Source: an uncultured Fibrobacteria bacterium (lineage in GTDB: Bacteria > Fibrobacterota > Fibrobacteria > UBA11236). From it: a stretch of 64,000 bases of DNA. The notes beneath the pieces were generated by a model, which made no database searches, was not told the DNA's origin, and worked only from the letters and a program-made list of their open reading frames with translations. The position numbers and the translations under genes were made by a program. The DNA is taken from assembly GCA_963716395.1 (NCBI GenBank), contig OY970309.1:64001-128000 (forward strand), written 5' to 3'. Every line of letters begins with the position of its first letter. Positions within the stretch are counted from its first letter, which is position 1. Positions 28,344 to 39,229 of the stretch are shown piece after piece.

Positions 28344-30103
28344 GGGTTCTCCCCTTTCCGCGAGTTCAAAACTTGAATGCGTTTTTGAATTTCAACATGG
28401 GCGGCCGGCGAAGCGGCTTCGCGCTTGGCCCGCATGAGATGGCGCAACTCCAGGGCCGCGGCGAAGTCGGCCAGCAGCCGCGCGCTGCGGTCGGGATCGT
28501 CGCCTTCGGCGATCTCCACCGCGGCCAGAGCTTCGCGCAAGGTTTCGGGAATGCGTTCCATCAAGGCGCGCAGGGGCAGTTGCCCGCCTTCGGCCAACAG
28601 GGCCAAGGCATGGTCGAACAAATCGCGCGCGCGTTCGTCGGAAAACCAGGCCAGATCGATCCCTTGCGCCACGGCCGCGACGCGTTCGGGATAGGAAAGC
28701 AAGAGTTGCAGCAGTTGCCATTCGGCCACGGCCTCGTCGCGCACCATAGGCGCGGCGCCGGGCACGAACAATCCCGGCGCCCGCGGCGGCTCGGCCGAAC
28801 CCGCCGGCCGCCGCGCAGGCTCGGGGCGTGCATACACCTTCACGGCGGTGGGCCGCACACCCAAGTGCTGGCACAGTTTCTGGAAATGCGCCTCGCGCAC
28901 GGCCTCGGCCGGGGCCTGGCGCAGCAGGGTCGCGGCTTCACCGAGCAAAGTTTGTTTTTCTTCCGGACTCAAGGCGGCGACCTCTTTGCCGCTTTGACGC
29001 ACCCAAAAATCGGGCAAATCCTCGGCGGTCGCGAACAATGCTTGGATTTCTTCGGCCGCATGCACCCGCACAAAGCTGTCGGGATCTTCCGCGGCGGGCA
29101 GCACCGGCACGCGGATTTCGACACCTTGCGCGATCAGCGGCTCCAGGCTGCGGCGCACGGCCTGGCGGCCCGCGGCATCGCCGTCATAAAACAAGAAAGC
29201 CTTGCGCGCGAAACGCGCCAAGAGACGCACGTGATCCGGCGTCAGCGCCGTGCCGCAGACGGCCACGGCGTTTTTCACCCCGGCCTGCCACAGCGAGGCC
29301 AAATCCATATAGCCTTCGACCACCACCACTTCACCGCTTTGATCCACGGCGCTGCGACTGGAGTGGAATCCGTACAGCACTCGGCCCTTTTGATACAGCG
29401 CCGATTCCGGGGTATTGATGTATTTGGCGCCTTCGCGGCCCGGCAGTACGCGGCCCCCGAAGCCGATGACCCGGCCCGATAAATTGAAGATGGGAAAAAT
29501 CAACCGGCCGGCGAAGCGATGGTAAAAGCGGCCACCCGCGGCTTCGCCCACAATGCCGGCTTCCACCAGGGCCGACTCCGGGATTTCTTTGGCGCGTGCG
29601 CGTTGCAAAATCACCTCGGCGGTTTCCGGGGCAAAACCGATTTGGAAGTGGCGGATGGTTTCACGATCCAATCCCCGCGAGTTCAGGTATTCTAGGGCCG
29701 CGGGAGTTTGCGCCAAGGTTTCGACATACACCTGAAGCGCCAGCGCATTGGCATGGGCCAGAGTCGAAGTTTTATCCCCGTGGGCGGGGTCGCCCGCCGC
29801 GAAATGTTCGGGAACGGCGACGCCGAACTTGGCCGCCACCAGCCGCAAAGCTTCCCCAAATCCGACATGTTCGTATTCCTGCACAAACTTGATGGCATCG
29901 CCGCCCGCGCCGCAGACAAAGCACTTGTAAATGCCCAGGCGCGGGTTCACGTTCATGCTGGGATGACGATCATTGTGAAACGGACACAGGCCGAGATAGC
30001 GGCCGCCCGCCTTTTTAAGCGGGACGTATTGACCCACGATTTGCACGATGTCGGCGGCGTCTTTGACCCGTGCGAGAACGTCTTGGAATTGCGGAATCGG
30101 CAT
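28340..30103 (-). CDS. dnaG: DNA primase
   Basis: CPFH...CFVC zinc finger, GFGGR, KYINTPE, EGYMD, DGDAAG, DPD. Confidence 0.96.
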   Translation of the reverse strand: MPIPQFQDVLARVKDAADIVQIVGQYVPLKKAGGRYLGLCPFHNDRHPSMNVNPRLGIYKCFVCGAGGDAIKFVQEYEHVGFGEALRLVAAKFGVAVPEHFAAGDPAHGDKTSTLAHANALALQVYVETLAQTPAALEYLNSRGLDRETIRHFQIGFAPETAEVILQRARAKEIPESALVEAGIVGEAAGGRFYHRFAGRLIFPIFNLSGRVIGFGGRVLPGREGAKYINTPESALYQKGRVLYGFHSSRSAVDQSGEVVVVEGYMDLASLWQAGVKNAVAVCGTALTPDHVRLLARFARKAFLFYDGDAAGRQAVRRSLEPLIAQGVEIRVPVLPAAEDPDSFVRVHAAEEIQALFATAEDLPDFWVRQSGKEVAALSPEEKQTLLGEAATLLRQAPAEAVREAHFQKLCQHLGVRPTAVKVYARPEPARRPAGSAEPPRAPGLFVPGAAPMVRDEAVAEWQLLQLLLSYPERVAAVAQGIDLAWFSDERARDLFDHALALLAEGGQLPLRALMERIPETLREALAAVEIAEGDDPDRSARLLADFAAALELRHLMRAKREAASPAAHVEIQKRIQVLNSRKGENP

Positions 30104-30592
30104 AACGGCGTGCAGGTTCACCCAACCCGGATAAAGATACCCCCGTCGCACGGCTCCCATGCAAGATTCGGAAAGCGCCCGCGGGCCTTTAGATTTTGAG
30201 TTCGATGCCATAGGTTCAGCGCAATGGTTGAAGTTGCGCTGCAAGTTTTTCGTCAAGTTCATTATCCCATGATTACTCCAAAAACCGCAACAACCATCTT
30301 TCGACTGAATCCGAAAAAACTTGACGCGATTTTATCCGCTCCCTGTCCGGGGTCCCTTCCCCGACTTCACCCCATTCTCAACCCGTCCTCGCTTCTCGCT
30401 CTATAGCTCTATAATAGGCGGCCAGGAACCTTTGCGCTAGCCGAGGGGTAAACCCGGGCGGGAAACTGCATAAATTCCATCACGCTGAAACCCCGTACCT
30501 GCGCGGGTTGACTAAATTGGCAAGCTCGCTTTGACCGGCGATTCGCGCTGGGCAATTCCACGGTTTGACCGGGCGAAAACCACTATTCCGAG

Positions 30593-33274
30593 ATGCACAG
30601 CGCTTCCACTCTCCCCACCGACGCCCCCACCTTCGGCACCCCCTGGCTTTCCGGTGCCGCCATCCGCCGGGGCTTCATCGATTTCTTCCGCTCCAAAGGC
30701 CATATCCATATTCCCTCGGCGCCCGTCGTGCCCCAGGACGACCCCACCTTGCTGTTCACCAATGCGGGCATGAATCAATTCAAGGCCGCCTTGCTCGGCG
30801 ACAACCGCGAAGGGTGGCGGCGCGTGGCCAATGCGCAGAAATGCATCCGCGTGTCGGGCAAGCACAACGATCTCGACGAGGTGGGCCGCGACACCTACCA
30901 CCACACTTTTTTCGAAATGCTCGGGAACTGGTCTTTCGGCGACTATTACAAGAAAGAGGCCATCACCTGGGCCTGGGAATTGTTGACCGAGGTGTGGAAA
31001 TTGCCGAAAGATCGCCTCTTCGCCACCGTGTATAAAACCGACGACGAAGCCATCGGGATTTGGAAAACCGAAACCGATCTCGATCCGGAGCGGGTGCTGC
31101 GCTTCGGTGAAAAGGAAAACTTCTGGGAAATGGGCGAAGTCGGGCCTTGCGGACCCTGCTCGGAAATCCATTTCGATTTGGGCGACGAGGCGTCGCGCGC
31201 CGCCACCTTCGCCGATCCCATTCTCGGGGTGAACGGGAAAAACGCGCGCTACATCGAAATCTGGAACCTGGTGTTCATGCAATTCGAACGCTTGGCCGGC
31301 GGAGAATTGAAGCCGCTCAAGTTCCGCAACGTCGACACGGGCATGGGTTTCGAACGGGTCGCCAGCATTTTGCAAGGCTCGGGGAACAACTATGAAACCG
31401 ACGTGTTCCGCCCCCTGATCGACGCCGTGGCCGAAACCTCGGGCGTGGCCTATGCCGGCGACGCCGCCGGGATGCCGCATCGGGTGATCGCCGATCACCT
31501 GCGCGCGCTGAGCTTCGCCATCGCCGACGGTGCCACGCCGGGCAATGAAGGCCGCGGTTATGTGCTGCGCCGCATTCTGCGCCGCGCCAGCCGCTTCGCC
31601 CGCAACCTCGGGCAACGCGATCCCTTTCTGCACCGGCTGGTTCCGGTTTTGGCTAGCCACATGGGCGAAGCCTATCCCGAACTCACAGCGCGGCAGGATT
31701 ACATCGCCCGCGTCATCCACGCCGAAGAAGAGCGCTTCGGAAAAACCCTGGATCAGGGATTAGATCGCTTCGCCAAGGTGGCGCGCCAGGCCAAGGAAAA
31801 AGGACAACCGTCCCTGGACGGCGGCGAAGTGTTCACCCTGTACGACACCTACGGGTTTCCCACCGACCTCACGCGCCTCCTGGCCGAAGAACAAGGACTG
31901 ACGCTGGACGAAGCCGGCTACCAAAAGCACATGGAAGAACAGCGCGAACGCGCCCGCGGCGCCGCGAAATTCACGGCCGCCTTGGCGGGCGACGAAGGCT
32001 GGAATATTCTCGCGCCCGGTCTCGACACCGAATTCATCGGCTATGACGCTCTCACCGGCGAAATGCCCATCTTGCGCTACCGTGAAGAAGGCGACACCGT
32101 GCTGCTGGTCGCGGCCCGCACGCCGTTTTACGCCGAGTCGGGCGGCCAGGTCGGCGACACCGGATTGATGCGCGGCCAAGGCGTTTCGCTGCGTGTGCTC
32201 GACACGGTGAAATTGTTCGACATGGTCTTGCACAAGTGCGTCTTGCTCGACGGCCTGCTCACGCCCGAAGCCCTGCAAAAAGTGGTGGGAACCGTGGATC
32301 GCCGCGCCCGCGAAGCCGCCATGCGCAACCACAGCGCCACGCATTTGCTGCATGCCGCCTTGCGCCAAACGCTGGGACCGCATGTGCAGCAACAGGGCTC
32401 GCGCGTGGCCCCCGAAGGCCTGCGCTTCGACTTCACCCACTTTCAGCCCATGACGGCCGAAGAAATCCGCACGGTGGAACGGCTCGTGAATGAAAAAATC
32501 CAGGCGAACCTGATGGTGTCGCAGGCCGTGCACGGATTGGACGAAGCCAAACACATGGGCGCCATGGCGCTGTTCGGGGAAAAGTACGGCGACCGCGTGC
32601 GCGTCATCCGCATGGGCGATTTCAGTCTGGAACTGTGCGGCGGAACGCACGCCGGGGCCACGGGGCAAATCGGATTTTTCAAAATCACTTCGGAAAGCTC
32701 CATCGCCGCAGGCGTTCGCCGCATCGAAGCCGTCACCGGCGAGGGGGCGCTCGAACTCGTGACCCAGCGCTTTGAGCAACTCGACGCCATCGGGTCGTCG
32801 CTCAAAGCCAAAACGGGCGACGAAGCCGAAAAGGTTGCGGAACTGGCACAGCATGCGCGCGCCCTGGAAAAGGAATTGCGGGAACTGCGCCTGTTCAAGG
32901 CGACGCAACAGGCGCAGGCGCTGCTCGGAAAATCGCAACCCCGCGGCAGTCATCCGGTGCTCATCGCCAAACTGGAAACGGAAGACAAGGCCGCCGAACA
33001 GGCGCTGCTCGACGCGATCTTCTCCGGACTCAAACCCCAAGGCGGCGTCGCCGTCCTGACCTCGGCCCTGGGCGGTGCGCTCTCCATTTACGCGCTGTCG
33101 GCGGCGCCGGAAATCAAAGCCGGCGATTTGATCAAAGCGCTGGCGCCGGTGGGCGAAGCCCGCGGCGGCGGTCGAGCCGATCGCGCCCAGGCCGGATCCA
33201 AAGCCGTGCATAAAGAAGCGCAGGTGCTGGCCGCAGCTGAGGACCTGTTGTCGCGCGCCTGGGGTGCCGCATGA
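30593..33274 (+). CDS. alaS: Alanine--tRNA ligase
   Basis: LLFTNAGMNQFK, FEMLGNWSFGDY, HSATHLLH, ELCGGTH. Confidence 0.98.
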   Translation: MHSASTLPTDAPTFGTPWLSGAAIRRGFIDFFRSKGHIHIPSAPVVPQDDPTLLFTNAGMNQFKAALLGDNREGWRRVANAQKCIRVSGKHNDLDEVGRDTYHHTFFEMLGNWSFGDYYKKEAITWAWELLTEVWKLPKDRLFATVYKTDDEAIGIWKTETDLDPERVLRFGEKENFWEMGEVGPCGPCSEIHFDLGDEASRAATFADPILGVNGKNARYIEIWNLVFMQFERLAGGELKPLKFRNVDTGMGFERVASILQGSGNNYETDVFRPLIDAVAETSGVAYAGDAAGMPHRVIADHLRALSFAIADGATPGNEGRGYVLRRILRRASRFARNLGQRDPFLHRLVPVLASHMGEAYPELTARQDYIARVIHAEEERFGKTLDQGLDRFAKVARQAKEKGQPSLDGGEVFTLYDTYGFPTDLTRLLAEEQGLTLDEAGYQKHMEEQRERARGAAKFTAALAGDEGWNILAPGLDTEFIGYDALTGEMPILRYREEGDTVLLVAARTPFYAESGGQVGDTGLMRGQGVSLRVLDTVKLFDMVLHKCVLLDGLLTPEALQKVVGTVDRRAREAAMRNHSATHLLHAALRQTLGPHVQQQGSRVAPEGLRFDFTHFQPMTAEEIRTVERLVNEKIQANLMVSQAVHGLDEAKHMGAMALFGEKYGDRVRVIRMGDFSLELCGGTHAGATGQIGFFKITSESSIAAGVRRIEAVTGEGALELVTQRFEQLDAIGSSLKAKTGDEAEKVAELAQHARALEKELRELRLFKATQQAQALLGKSQPRGSHPVLIAKLETEDKAAEQALLDAIFSGLKPQGGVAVLTSALGGALSIYALSAAPEIKAGDLIKALAPVGEARGGGRADRAQAGSKAVHKEAQVLAAAEDLLSRAWGAA

Positions 33275-34020
33275 TCGGCGCCGTGGAAACAAAATTCGGG
33301 GTGCAACTCGACAGCCGCAAGGCGCTGTTTTTCGTGTTGCTCGATCCCGATTCCGCGCCGCCCGAGCGTATTGTGGCCGGCGGCCTGCAGGCCGCGCAAC
33401 AGGGCGCCGACGCCTTGCTGCTGGGCGGATCGTTTATGGGCAACCCGAATTTTTCCACCATCGCCGAACAGTTGAAGAAGCAGACTTCCATCCCCGTGGT
33501 GCTGTTTCCCGGCGGCAGCGCCCAGGTGGGACCCGGTCCCGATGCCATTCTCTTCACCACCTTGCTCAGCGGCCGCAACCCCCAATACCTGATCGACGAA
33601 CAGGTCAAAGGCGCGGTGCTGGTGAAACGGTTGGGGCTGGAGGCCATTCCCACCGCCTACCTGCTGGTGGAGTCGGGCCAGACCACGGCCGTGGAATACA
33701 TCAGCAATACGCGGCCCCTGCCGGCCGACAAACCGGCGATTGCCGCGGCCCATGCTTTGGCGGCGGAAATGCTCGGGCTGCGATGGGTGTATCTCGAAGC
33801 CGGCAGCGGCGCGCAGCGTCCAGTTCCGGTGGAAATGGTACAGGCCGTGCGGTCGACCTGCGGATTGCGCATCATCGTGGGCGGCGGCATCCGCGACCCG
33901 GAACAGGCGCGCGTCCGCGTGGCGGCCGGAGCCGACGCCATCGTTACGGGAAACTTTTTCGAGTCGGGTAAAAACGACGCTTTGCTCCGCGACTTCGCCG
34001 CGGCCGTGCACGCCGGTTGA
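33271..34020 (+). CDS. Geranylgeranylglyceryl phosphate synthase family (group II)
   Basis: LLDPD, GGS, LFPG, LLSGRNPQYLI, YLEAGSGA, VGGGIR, VTGN. Confidence 0.92.
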   Translation: MIGAVETKFGVQLDSRKALFFVLLDPDSAPPERIVAGGLQAAQQGADALLLGGSFMGNPNFSTIAEQLKKQTSIPVVLFPGGSAQVGPGPDAILFTTLLSGRNPQYLIDEQVKGAVLVKRLGLEAIPTAYLLVESGQTTAVEYISNTRPLPADKPAIAAAHALAAEMLGLRWVYLEAGSGAQRPVPVEMVQAVRSTCGLRIIVGGGIRDPEQARVRVAAGADAIVTGNFFESGKNDALLRDFAAAVHAG

Positions 34021-34066
34021 GACCGGCGCTTCTTCTCTGCTTCTTTTGCTGCTGTCGCTTCCGCCC

Positions 34067-34846
34067 TCAGCGCGGCAGCATCCAGATATGCGGCATCGGT
34101 TTGGCCGCCGCGTATTTCTTGCGGTAAGCACTGGGCGACAGCCCGGTTTGCATGCGGAATTGCCGGTTGAAATGGCTGAGATCGTAAAAACCGTTTTCCA
34201 CCGCGATGCGTGAAATCGAAGCCTCGGTTCCGGCCAGGGCCTGGCAGGCGGCCTGGATGCGCACCATGGTGATGTATTTGGAGGGCGAGACCCCGAACAG
34301 GGTCTTGAACTTGCGTTCGAATTGGCTCACCGAAAGCGACGCCAACGACGCCAGCTTGTGGATGTTGATGGAGGCGGTGTAATTTCCCATCACGTAGTCG
34401 ATGATTTTTCCCATCCCCATGAAGTTCGGAAAGCCGGTATTCATCTTTTTGAAATCGCGGGTGATGCCGACGAGGCCGATCACGCGGCTGTCGTCGCCGC
34501 ATACCGGAACCTTGTTGGTGGAATGCCAATCCAGCGACCGGCCCGGATTGATCACCAACTCCACCACATTCAGCAAAGGCTTGCCGGATTGCATCACCCG
34601 CTTGTCGTCCCGGATGTATTGCTCGGAAAGGTATTGGGGGAACACGTCGAAATCGGTGAGTCCGATCAATTCTTCGGCTTTGCGCAGGCCGCATTTTTCC
34701 ACGAAGCCGCTGTTGGCGAAGGTGAACCGGCCCTTGAGGTCTTTGGCGAAGAGGTAGACATCGGGTAGCCCTTCGAATAATTGCTGGAGCGCGGCGGCAA
34801 ATCCGTATTGGCCGATGCGCCATTCGGGGGGAATTTCCATGCCCAT
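34067..34846 (-). CDS. PAS-domain AraC-family regulator
   Basis: FAKD..GRF..AN PAS domain, then LSVSQFERKFK and GFYDLSHF.R.F....GLSP..YR. Confidence 0.92.
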   Translation of the reverse strand: MGMEIPPEWRIGQYGFAAALQQLFEGLPDVYLFAKDLKGRFTFANSGFVEKCGLRKAEELIGLTDFDVFPQYLSEQYIRDDKRVMQSGKPLLNVVELVINPGRSLDWHSTNKVPVCGDDSRVIGLVGITRDFKKMNTGFPNFMGMGKIIDYVMGNYTASINIHKLASLASLSVSQFERKFKTLFGVSPSKYITMVRIQAACQALAGTEASISRIAVENGFYDLSHFNRQFRMQTGLSPSAYRKKYAAAKPMPHIWMLPR

Positions 34847-34974
34847 GGCGAATCAACAATACAAAACAGGCATTTCGACTGGAGTCACTGCTAACGGGCC
34901 ACACGCGCCGGCCTCCGCGCCGGCAATAGCCGACGGGCGGAGGGCCGGATCACATCACCGGATATTCGCCGGCA

Positions 34975-36297
34975 CTACGGATTCCCGAAGGAGTTCGCCA
35001 GGTTTTCCAGCATTTCCTGACCGCCGGATCGGGGCTTGGGATTCCATCCCTTTTCCAGCGCCAGGTCGGAGAGTTCGGCCAAGGTCGTTTTGCCGGAAAG
35101 GATGCGCGTACCCAGTTCACCCTTCCAACCGGCATAGCGCTGTTCCACCACTTTTTCCAGCGCGCCGGACTGGATCATTTTTTCGGCGAGCAAAAGGCCG
35201 TGGGCCAAAACGTCCATGCCGCCGATATGCGCGTAGAACAAATCCTCCGGATCGATGCTTTGACGGCGCAGCTTGGCATCGAAGTTCATGCCGCCCGTGG
35301 TAAAGCCGCCCCCCTTTAGCATGGTGGCCAGGACCAGCGCCACTTCGGAAGCATCGTTGGGGAATTGATCGGTGTCCCAGCCGAGCAGGGGATCGCCGCG
35401 GTTGATGTCGAGGCTGCCGAACAAATCGTTGGCCAGGGCATAGGCGACTTCATGCTGGAAGGTATGGCCGGAAAGAATGGCGTGGTTGGCTTCGATGTTC
35501 ACACGGTACTCGCGCTCCAAATCATAGCGCTGTAAAAAGGCGTGCACGGTGGCGGTGTCGTAATCGTACTGGTGCTTGGTGGGCTCTTTGGGCTTGGGTT
35601 CGATCAGCAAAGTGCCGCGAAAACCGATGCGATGCTTGTGTTCGGCCACCAGGGCGAGAAAGCGCCCGTACTGGTCGGCTTCGCGCTTGAGGTCGGTATT
35701 GAGCAAGGTTTCATAACCTTCGCGGCCGCCCCACAGCACATAGTTCGCCCCCTTGAGCCGGTGCGTCACCTCAAGCATTTTACGCACCTGCACGGCAGCG
35801 CAGGCGAACACTTCGGGATTGGGATTGGTGGCCGCTCCACTCATATAGCGCGGATGGCTGAAAAGATTGGCCGTACCCCACAGCAACTTGACGCCGGTGC
35901 GGGCCATTTCTTTTTCCGCCGCATCGACCAAGCGGTCGAGGTTGTTCTGGCTTTCGCGCAAGGTGGCGCCTTCGGGTGCCATGTCGCGATCGTGAAAGGT
36001 GAAATACGGCACGCCGAGCTTCTCGAAGAACTCGAAGGCCGATTGCAATTTGAGTTCGGCGGCTTGCACCGGCGTTTCGCCCGAAAACCAGGGGCGTTCG
36101 AAGGTGCCGGCACCGAAGACGTCGGAACCGGACCAGGCGAAGGTATGCCAATAGCAGGCGGCGCAACGCAACTGTTCTTCCATCCGTTTGCCCAAGACCA
36201 TGCGGTTGCGGTCGTAATAGCGGAAAGCCAACGGATTGTTGCTTTCCGGCCCTTCGAACCGGATGGGAGAAATGTGTTGGAAATAACTCGGCTTCAT
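34975..36297 (-). CDS. xylA: Xylose isomerase (class II)
   Basis: [37 protein letters not shown]. Confidence 0.98.
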   Translation of the reverse strand: MKPSYFQHISPIRFEGPESNNPLAFRYYDRNRMVLGKRMEEQLRCAACYWHTFAWSGSDVFGAGTFERPWFSGETPVQAAELKLQSAFEFFEKLGVPYFTFHDRDMAPEGATLRESQNNLDRLVDAAEKEMARTGVKLLWGTANLFSHPRYMSGAATNPNPEVFACAAVQVRKMLEVTHRLKGANYVLWGGREGYETLLNTDLKREADQYGRFLALVAEHKHRIGFRGTLLIEPKPKEPTKHQYDYDTATVHAFLQRYDLEREYRVNIEANHAILSGHTFQHEVAYALANDLFGSLDINRGDPLLGWDTDQFPNDASEVALVLATMLKGGGFTTGGMNFDAKLRRQSIDPEDLFYAHIGGMDVLAHGLLLAEKMIQSGALEKVVEQRYAGWKGELGTRILSGKTTLAELSDLALEKGWNPKPRSGGQEMLENLANSFGNP

Positions 36298-37787
36298 GAT
36301 TCCACTCCTTGTCTGAAAGTCGATTCCGCAAACAGACCGCGCAGGTTGCGGTAAAGCTCGCGATACAGTTCCACCTTGTTCCGATAGAGTTCGGCCGCCT
36401 TGGGATCGGGTTCGGCCACCCGCACCACCTCCGGCGCCGTGCATACCGTGGCGGGATTCTCGCCGGTATGCGCCAGGCGCGCCAAACGCGCGGCGCCGTA
36501 GGCCGGGCCGGTTTCACCGCCGGCCCGATAAACCAAGGGGCGATTCAAGGCCGCGGCCAGGATGCCGCCCCAAAACGCGCTTTGGGTTCCGCCGCCGATC
36601 ACGCTGACTTCGCGAATCGCCGTGGCGCCGGCCGTAAGCGCGGCCTGGCCGTCCGCGAAGGCGAAGGCCACGCCTTCCAAAACGGCGCGGCCCAAGTCGG
36701 CGCGGCCGGTGGTGTGCGTCATTCCGAAAAACACGCCTTTGGCATTGGGATCGTTATGCGGTGTGCGTTCGCCCGAAAGGTAGGGCAGAAATACGGGCGT
36801 TTCCCAGCGCAGCGGCGCGGTTTCGGCTTCGGCCAGCAAGGCGGCCACGTCGGCGGTTCCGGTCAAATGCGCCACCCAGTCGAGGCAACTGGCGGCGCTC
36901 AAAATCACCGACATGCGATGCCAGGTGGCGGGCAGGCAATGGCAAAAGGTGTGTACCGCGCTTTCGGGCCGCGGTGCATAGCGATCGCTGGCCACGAAGA
37001 AAACCCCCGAAGTACCTAAAGAAAGCAAGGCTTCCCCCGACCGCAGCACGCCTACGCCTACGGCTCCGGCCGCATTGTCGCCCGCCCCACCGGCCACCAC
37101 TACGTTTTTTGGCAAGCCCCAAGCCGAAGCCACTTCGGGCGCAAGCCGTCCTCCCGGCGCGCTGCCTTCGACCAGCTCGGGCATGGCGGATACTTTCAAG
37201 TCACAGGCCGCAAGCGCTTCTTCGGACCAGCGGCGGCCGCCCACGTCCATCCACAAAGTACCCGACGCGTCGGACATGTCGGAGACGAAGACTCCGGTCA
37301 TCCGGAAACGCAAATAGTCCTTGGGGAGCAATACCTTGGCCGTGCGCCGGAACACGTCGGACTCATGCCGCGCCACCCACAAAAGCTTGGGAGCGGTGAA
37401 GCCGGGCATGGCGATATTTCCCGTGATCTGCCGCAAGCGCGGCGCGCGCGCTTCCAGTTCGGCGCATTCGGCGCCGCTACGCCCGTCGTTCCAAAGTATG
37501 GCGGGACGTAGGACCCGGCCCTGGCCGTCGAGCAAAGTGGCGCCGTGCATCTGGCCGCTCAGGCCCAGGGCGTGCACACCGGCAAATTCGGACGATCGCC
37601 GTTTGCCGAGCACTATCAGCGCGGCATTCGCGGCGGTCCACCACGATTCCGGATCTTGCTCGGACCACAGCGGATGGAGGCGCGACACCGCAAGCGGCGC
37701 CGACTCCTGATCGAGCACCGCCCCGGCGTCGTCGGTCAAAACTGCCTTTACCGACGAGGTCCCTAAGTCCAATCCGAGATAGGCCAT
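36294..37787 (-). CDS. xylB: Xylulokinase
   Basis: [35 protein letters not shown]. Confidence 0.97.
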   Translation of the reverse strand: MAYLGLDLGTSSVKAVLTDDAGAVLDQESAPLAVSRLHPLWSEQDPESWWTAANAALIVLGKRRSSEFAGVHALGLSGQMHGATLLDGQGRVLRPAILWNDGRSGAECAELEARAPRLRQITGNIAMPGFTAPKLLWVARHESDVFRRTAKVLLPKDYLRFRMTGVFVSDMSDASGTLWMDVGGRRWSEEALAACDLKVSAMPELVEGSAPGGRLAPEVASAWGLPKNVVVAGGAGDNAAGAVGVGVLRSGEALLSLGTSGVFFVASDRYAPRPESAVHTFCHCLPATWHRMSVILSAASCLDWVAHLTGTADVAALLAEAETAPLRWETPVFLPYLSGERTPHNDPNAKGVFFGMTHTTGRADLGRAVLEGVAFAFADGQAALTAGATAIREVSVIGGGTQSAFWGGILAAALNRPLVYRAGGETGPAYGAARLARLAHTGENPATVCTAPEVVRVAEPDPKAAELYRNKVELYRELYRNLRGLFAESTFRQGVES

Positions 37788-38298
37788 GCTCTGAACCCGA
37801 ATCCTTTAAAAAAACACGTGATGAACGATGAATTTAAGTTGGACGACGCGCACACGGATGTATCCGCACGCTGAAGAAATGTACGCATTCCGCAAGATCC
37901 GCCCCAATCCTTTTTCCCGTCCTGGGAATTTCCGCTGGCGAAAGAACGCGCACACAGCCGCATTCGGCGTCGGCACCCTCATCCGCCGCGGTGGGAAAAT
38001 ACACTCTTTCGCTCCGCGAAACAGGCCGGATATCCGCATCTCCCGCCTCCTGCACCCGAAACATTCATGTTACGATGGGATCGGCCCGTCGACCCGGCGG
38101 CGACAGAGGCGCGGCCCAACCGCTGCCGGCAAGTGCAGCCGACTTGTACGCGGCGCGCAAAGTTGCGGGGGGAGGCTGCGGCGGAAGCAAGGGAAGGCGC
38201 GCCTCGCCGGCGACCTTCTCGCTCGGCCTTCCGCCGTAGGCGGACCACTGGCGGACCGCTTACCAGAGGTACCCTTAAAACCTCGGAGTGCTTTTTAC

Positions 38299-38328
38299 TT
38301 GCACGATTCCCGCTTTTCTTATTACATT
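38299..38328 (+). promoter_or_regulatory. Putative sigma70 promoter of the rplM operon
   Basis: TTGCAC-N18-TACATT, about 30 nt before the ATG. Confidence 0.45.
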
Positions 38329-38357
38329 TGCCCATCCATTTTAACGGGTGGAAAAAC

Positions 38358-38789
38358 ATGAAAACGGTGACCTTCGACTCCCGAAAGCCGGAACGCAAAT
38401 GGTGGGTTCTGGACGCGCGTGAAGCCGTAATCGGGCGTTTGGCGAGCACCGCCGCCAAATTACTGATGGGCAAGCACAAAACGACTTATAGCCCCAATCA
38501 CGATCGCGGTGATTTCGTGGTCATCATCAATGCCGAAAAGGTCGCTTTTACGGGCAAGAAAAGAAACGAAGTGCGGTATTTTCAGCATTCCATGTACCCC
38601 GGCGGCTGGCGCGAATTGACCGTGGATCAGGCCATGCACAACCGGCCCGGCTATCCCATTCGCCACGCGGTTCTGGGCATGTTGCCGCATAATTCCCGCG
38701 GCCGGCTCATGGCGCAAAAACTTCATATCTACGACGGCGACCAACACCCGCATGCCGCGCAAAAACCGGCAGCGATGGCCGTCCGCTAA
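38358..38789 (+). CDS. rplM: 50S ribosomal protein L13
   Basis: WWVLDA...GRLAS...GKHK..YSP..D.GD.VVIINAEKV...GMLP. Confidence 0.97.
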   Translation: MKTVTFDSRKPERKWWVLDAREAVIGRLASTAAKLLMGKHKTTYSPNHDRGDFVVIINAEKVAFTGKKRNEVRYFQHSMYPGGWRELTVDQAMHNRPGYPIRHAVLGMLPHNSRGRLMAQKLHIYDGDQHPHAAQKPAAMAVR

Positions 38790-38810
38790 GTTCGGGCAAG
38801 GAGGCTCCCC

Positions 38811-39206
38811 ATCACCACCGAAGATAAATACCGGGCAACCGGCCGTCGCAAAAACGCAGTGGCGCGCGTCATTCTACAGCCGGGAACCGGCAAGCGTGTC
38901 ATCAACAACCGCACTTTCAGCGAATACTTCCGCAACGAAATTCGGGAAATGATTGTCGAACAGCCCTTGAGCGTTGTCGGCGCGAACAAACAATGGGATG
39001 TTATTGTCTCGGCCGACGGCGGCGGCATTTCTGGCCAAGCCGGTGCGGTACGTCTCGCCATCGCCCGTGCGTTGTTGGCCTTCAAGGCCGACTACCGCCC
39101 GCTGCTGCGTGAACATGGGCTGTTAACCCGCGATTCCCGCGCCGTGGAACGGAAGAAATACGGAAAGGCCGGTGCGCGCCGGAGCTTCCAATATTCGAAG
39201 CGTTGA
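38811..39206 (+). CDS. rpsI: 30S ribosomal protein S9 (probable ATC start)
   Basis: ATGRRKNAVARV...GGG.SGQAGA...QYSKR. The conserved N-terminus lies upstream of the tracked GTG. Confidence 0.95.
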   Translation: MTTEDKYRATGRRKNAVARVILQPGTGKRVINNRTFSEYFRNEIREMIVEQPLSVVGANKQWDVIVSADGGGISGQAGAVRLAIARALLAFKADYRPLLREHGLLTRDSRAVERKKYGKAGARRSFQYSKR

Positions 39207-39229
39207 GCTTCGGAAAGGCGAATTTTCCT

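Noticed and set aside
30410-30592. T-box leader for alaS
   Set aside because: No GGTGG-ACC T-box sequence or terminator/antiterminator seen.
37828-38357. ORFs between xylB and rplM
   Set aside because: Arg/Pro-rich noise in a divergent promoter region.
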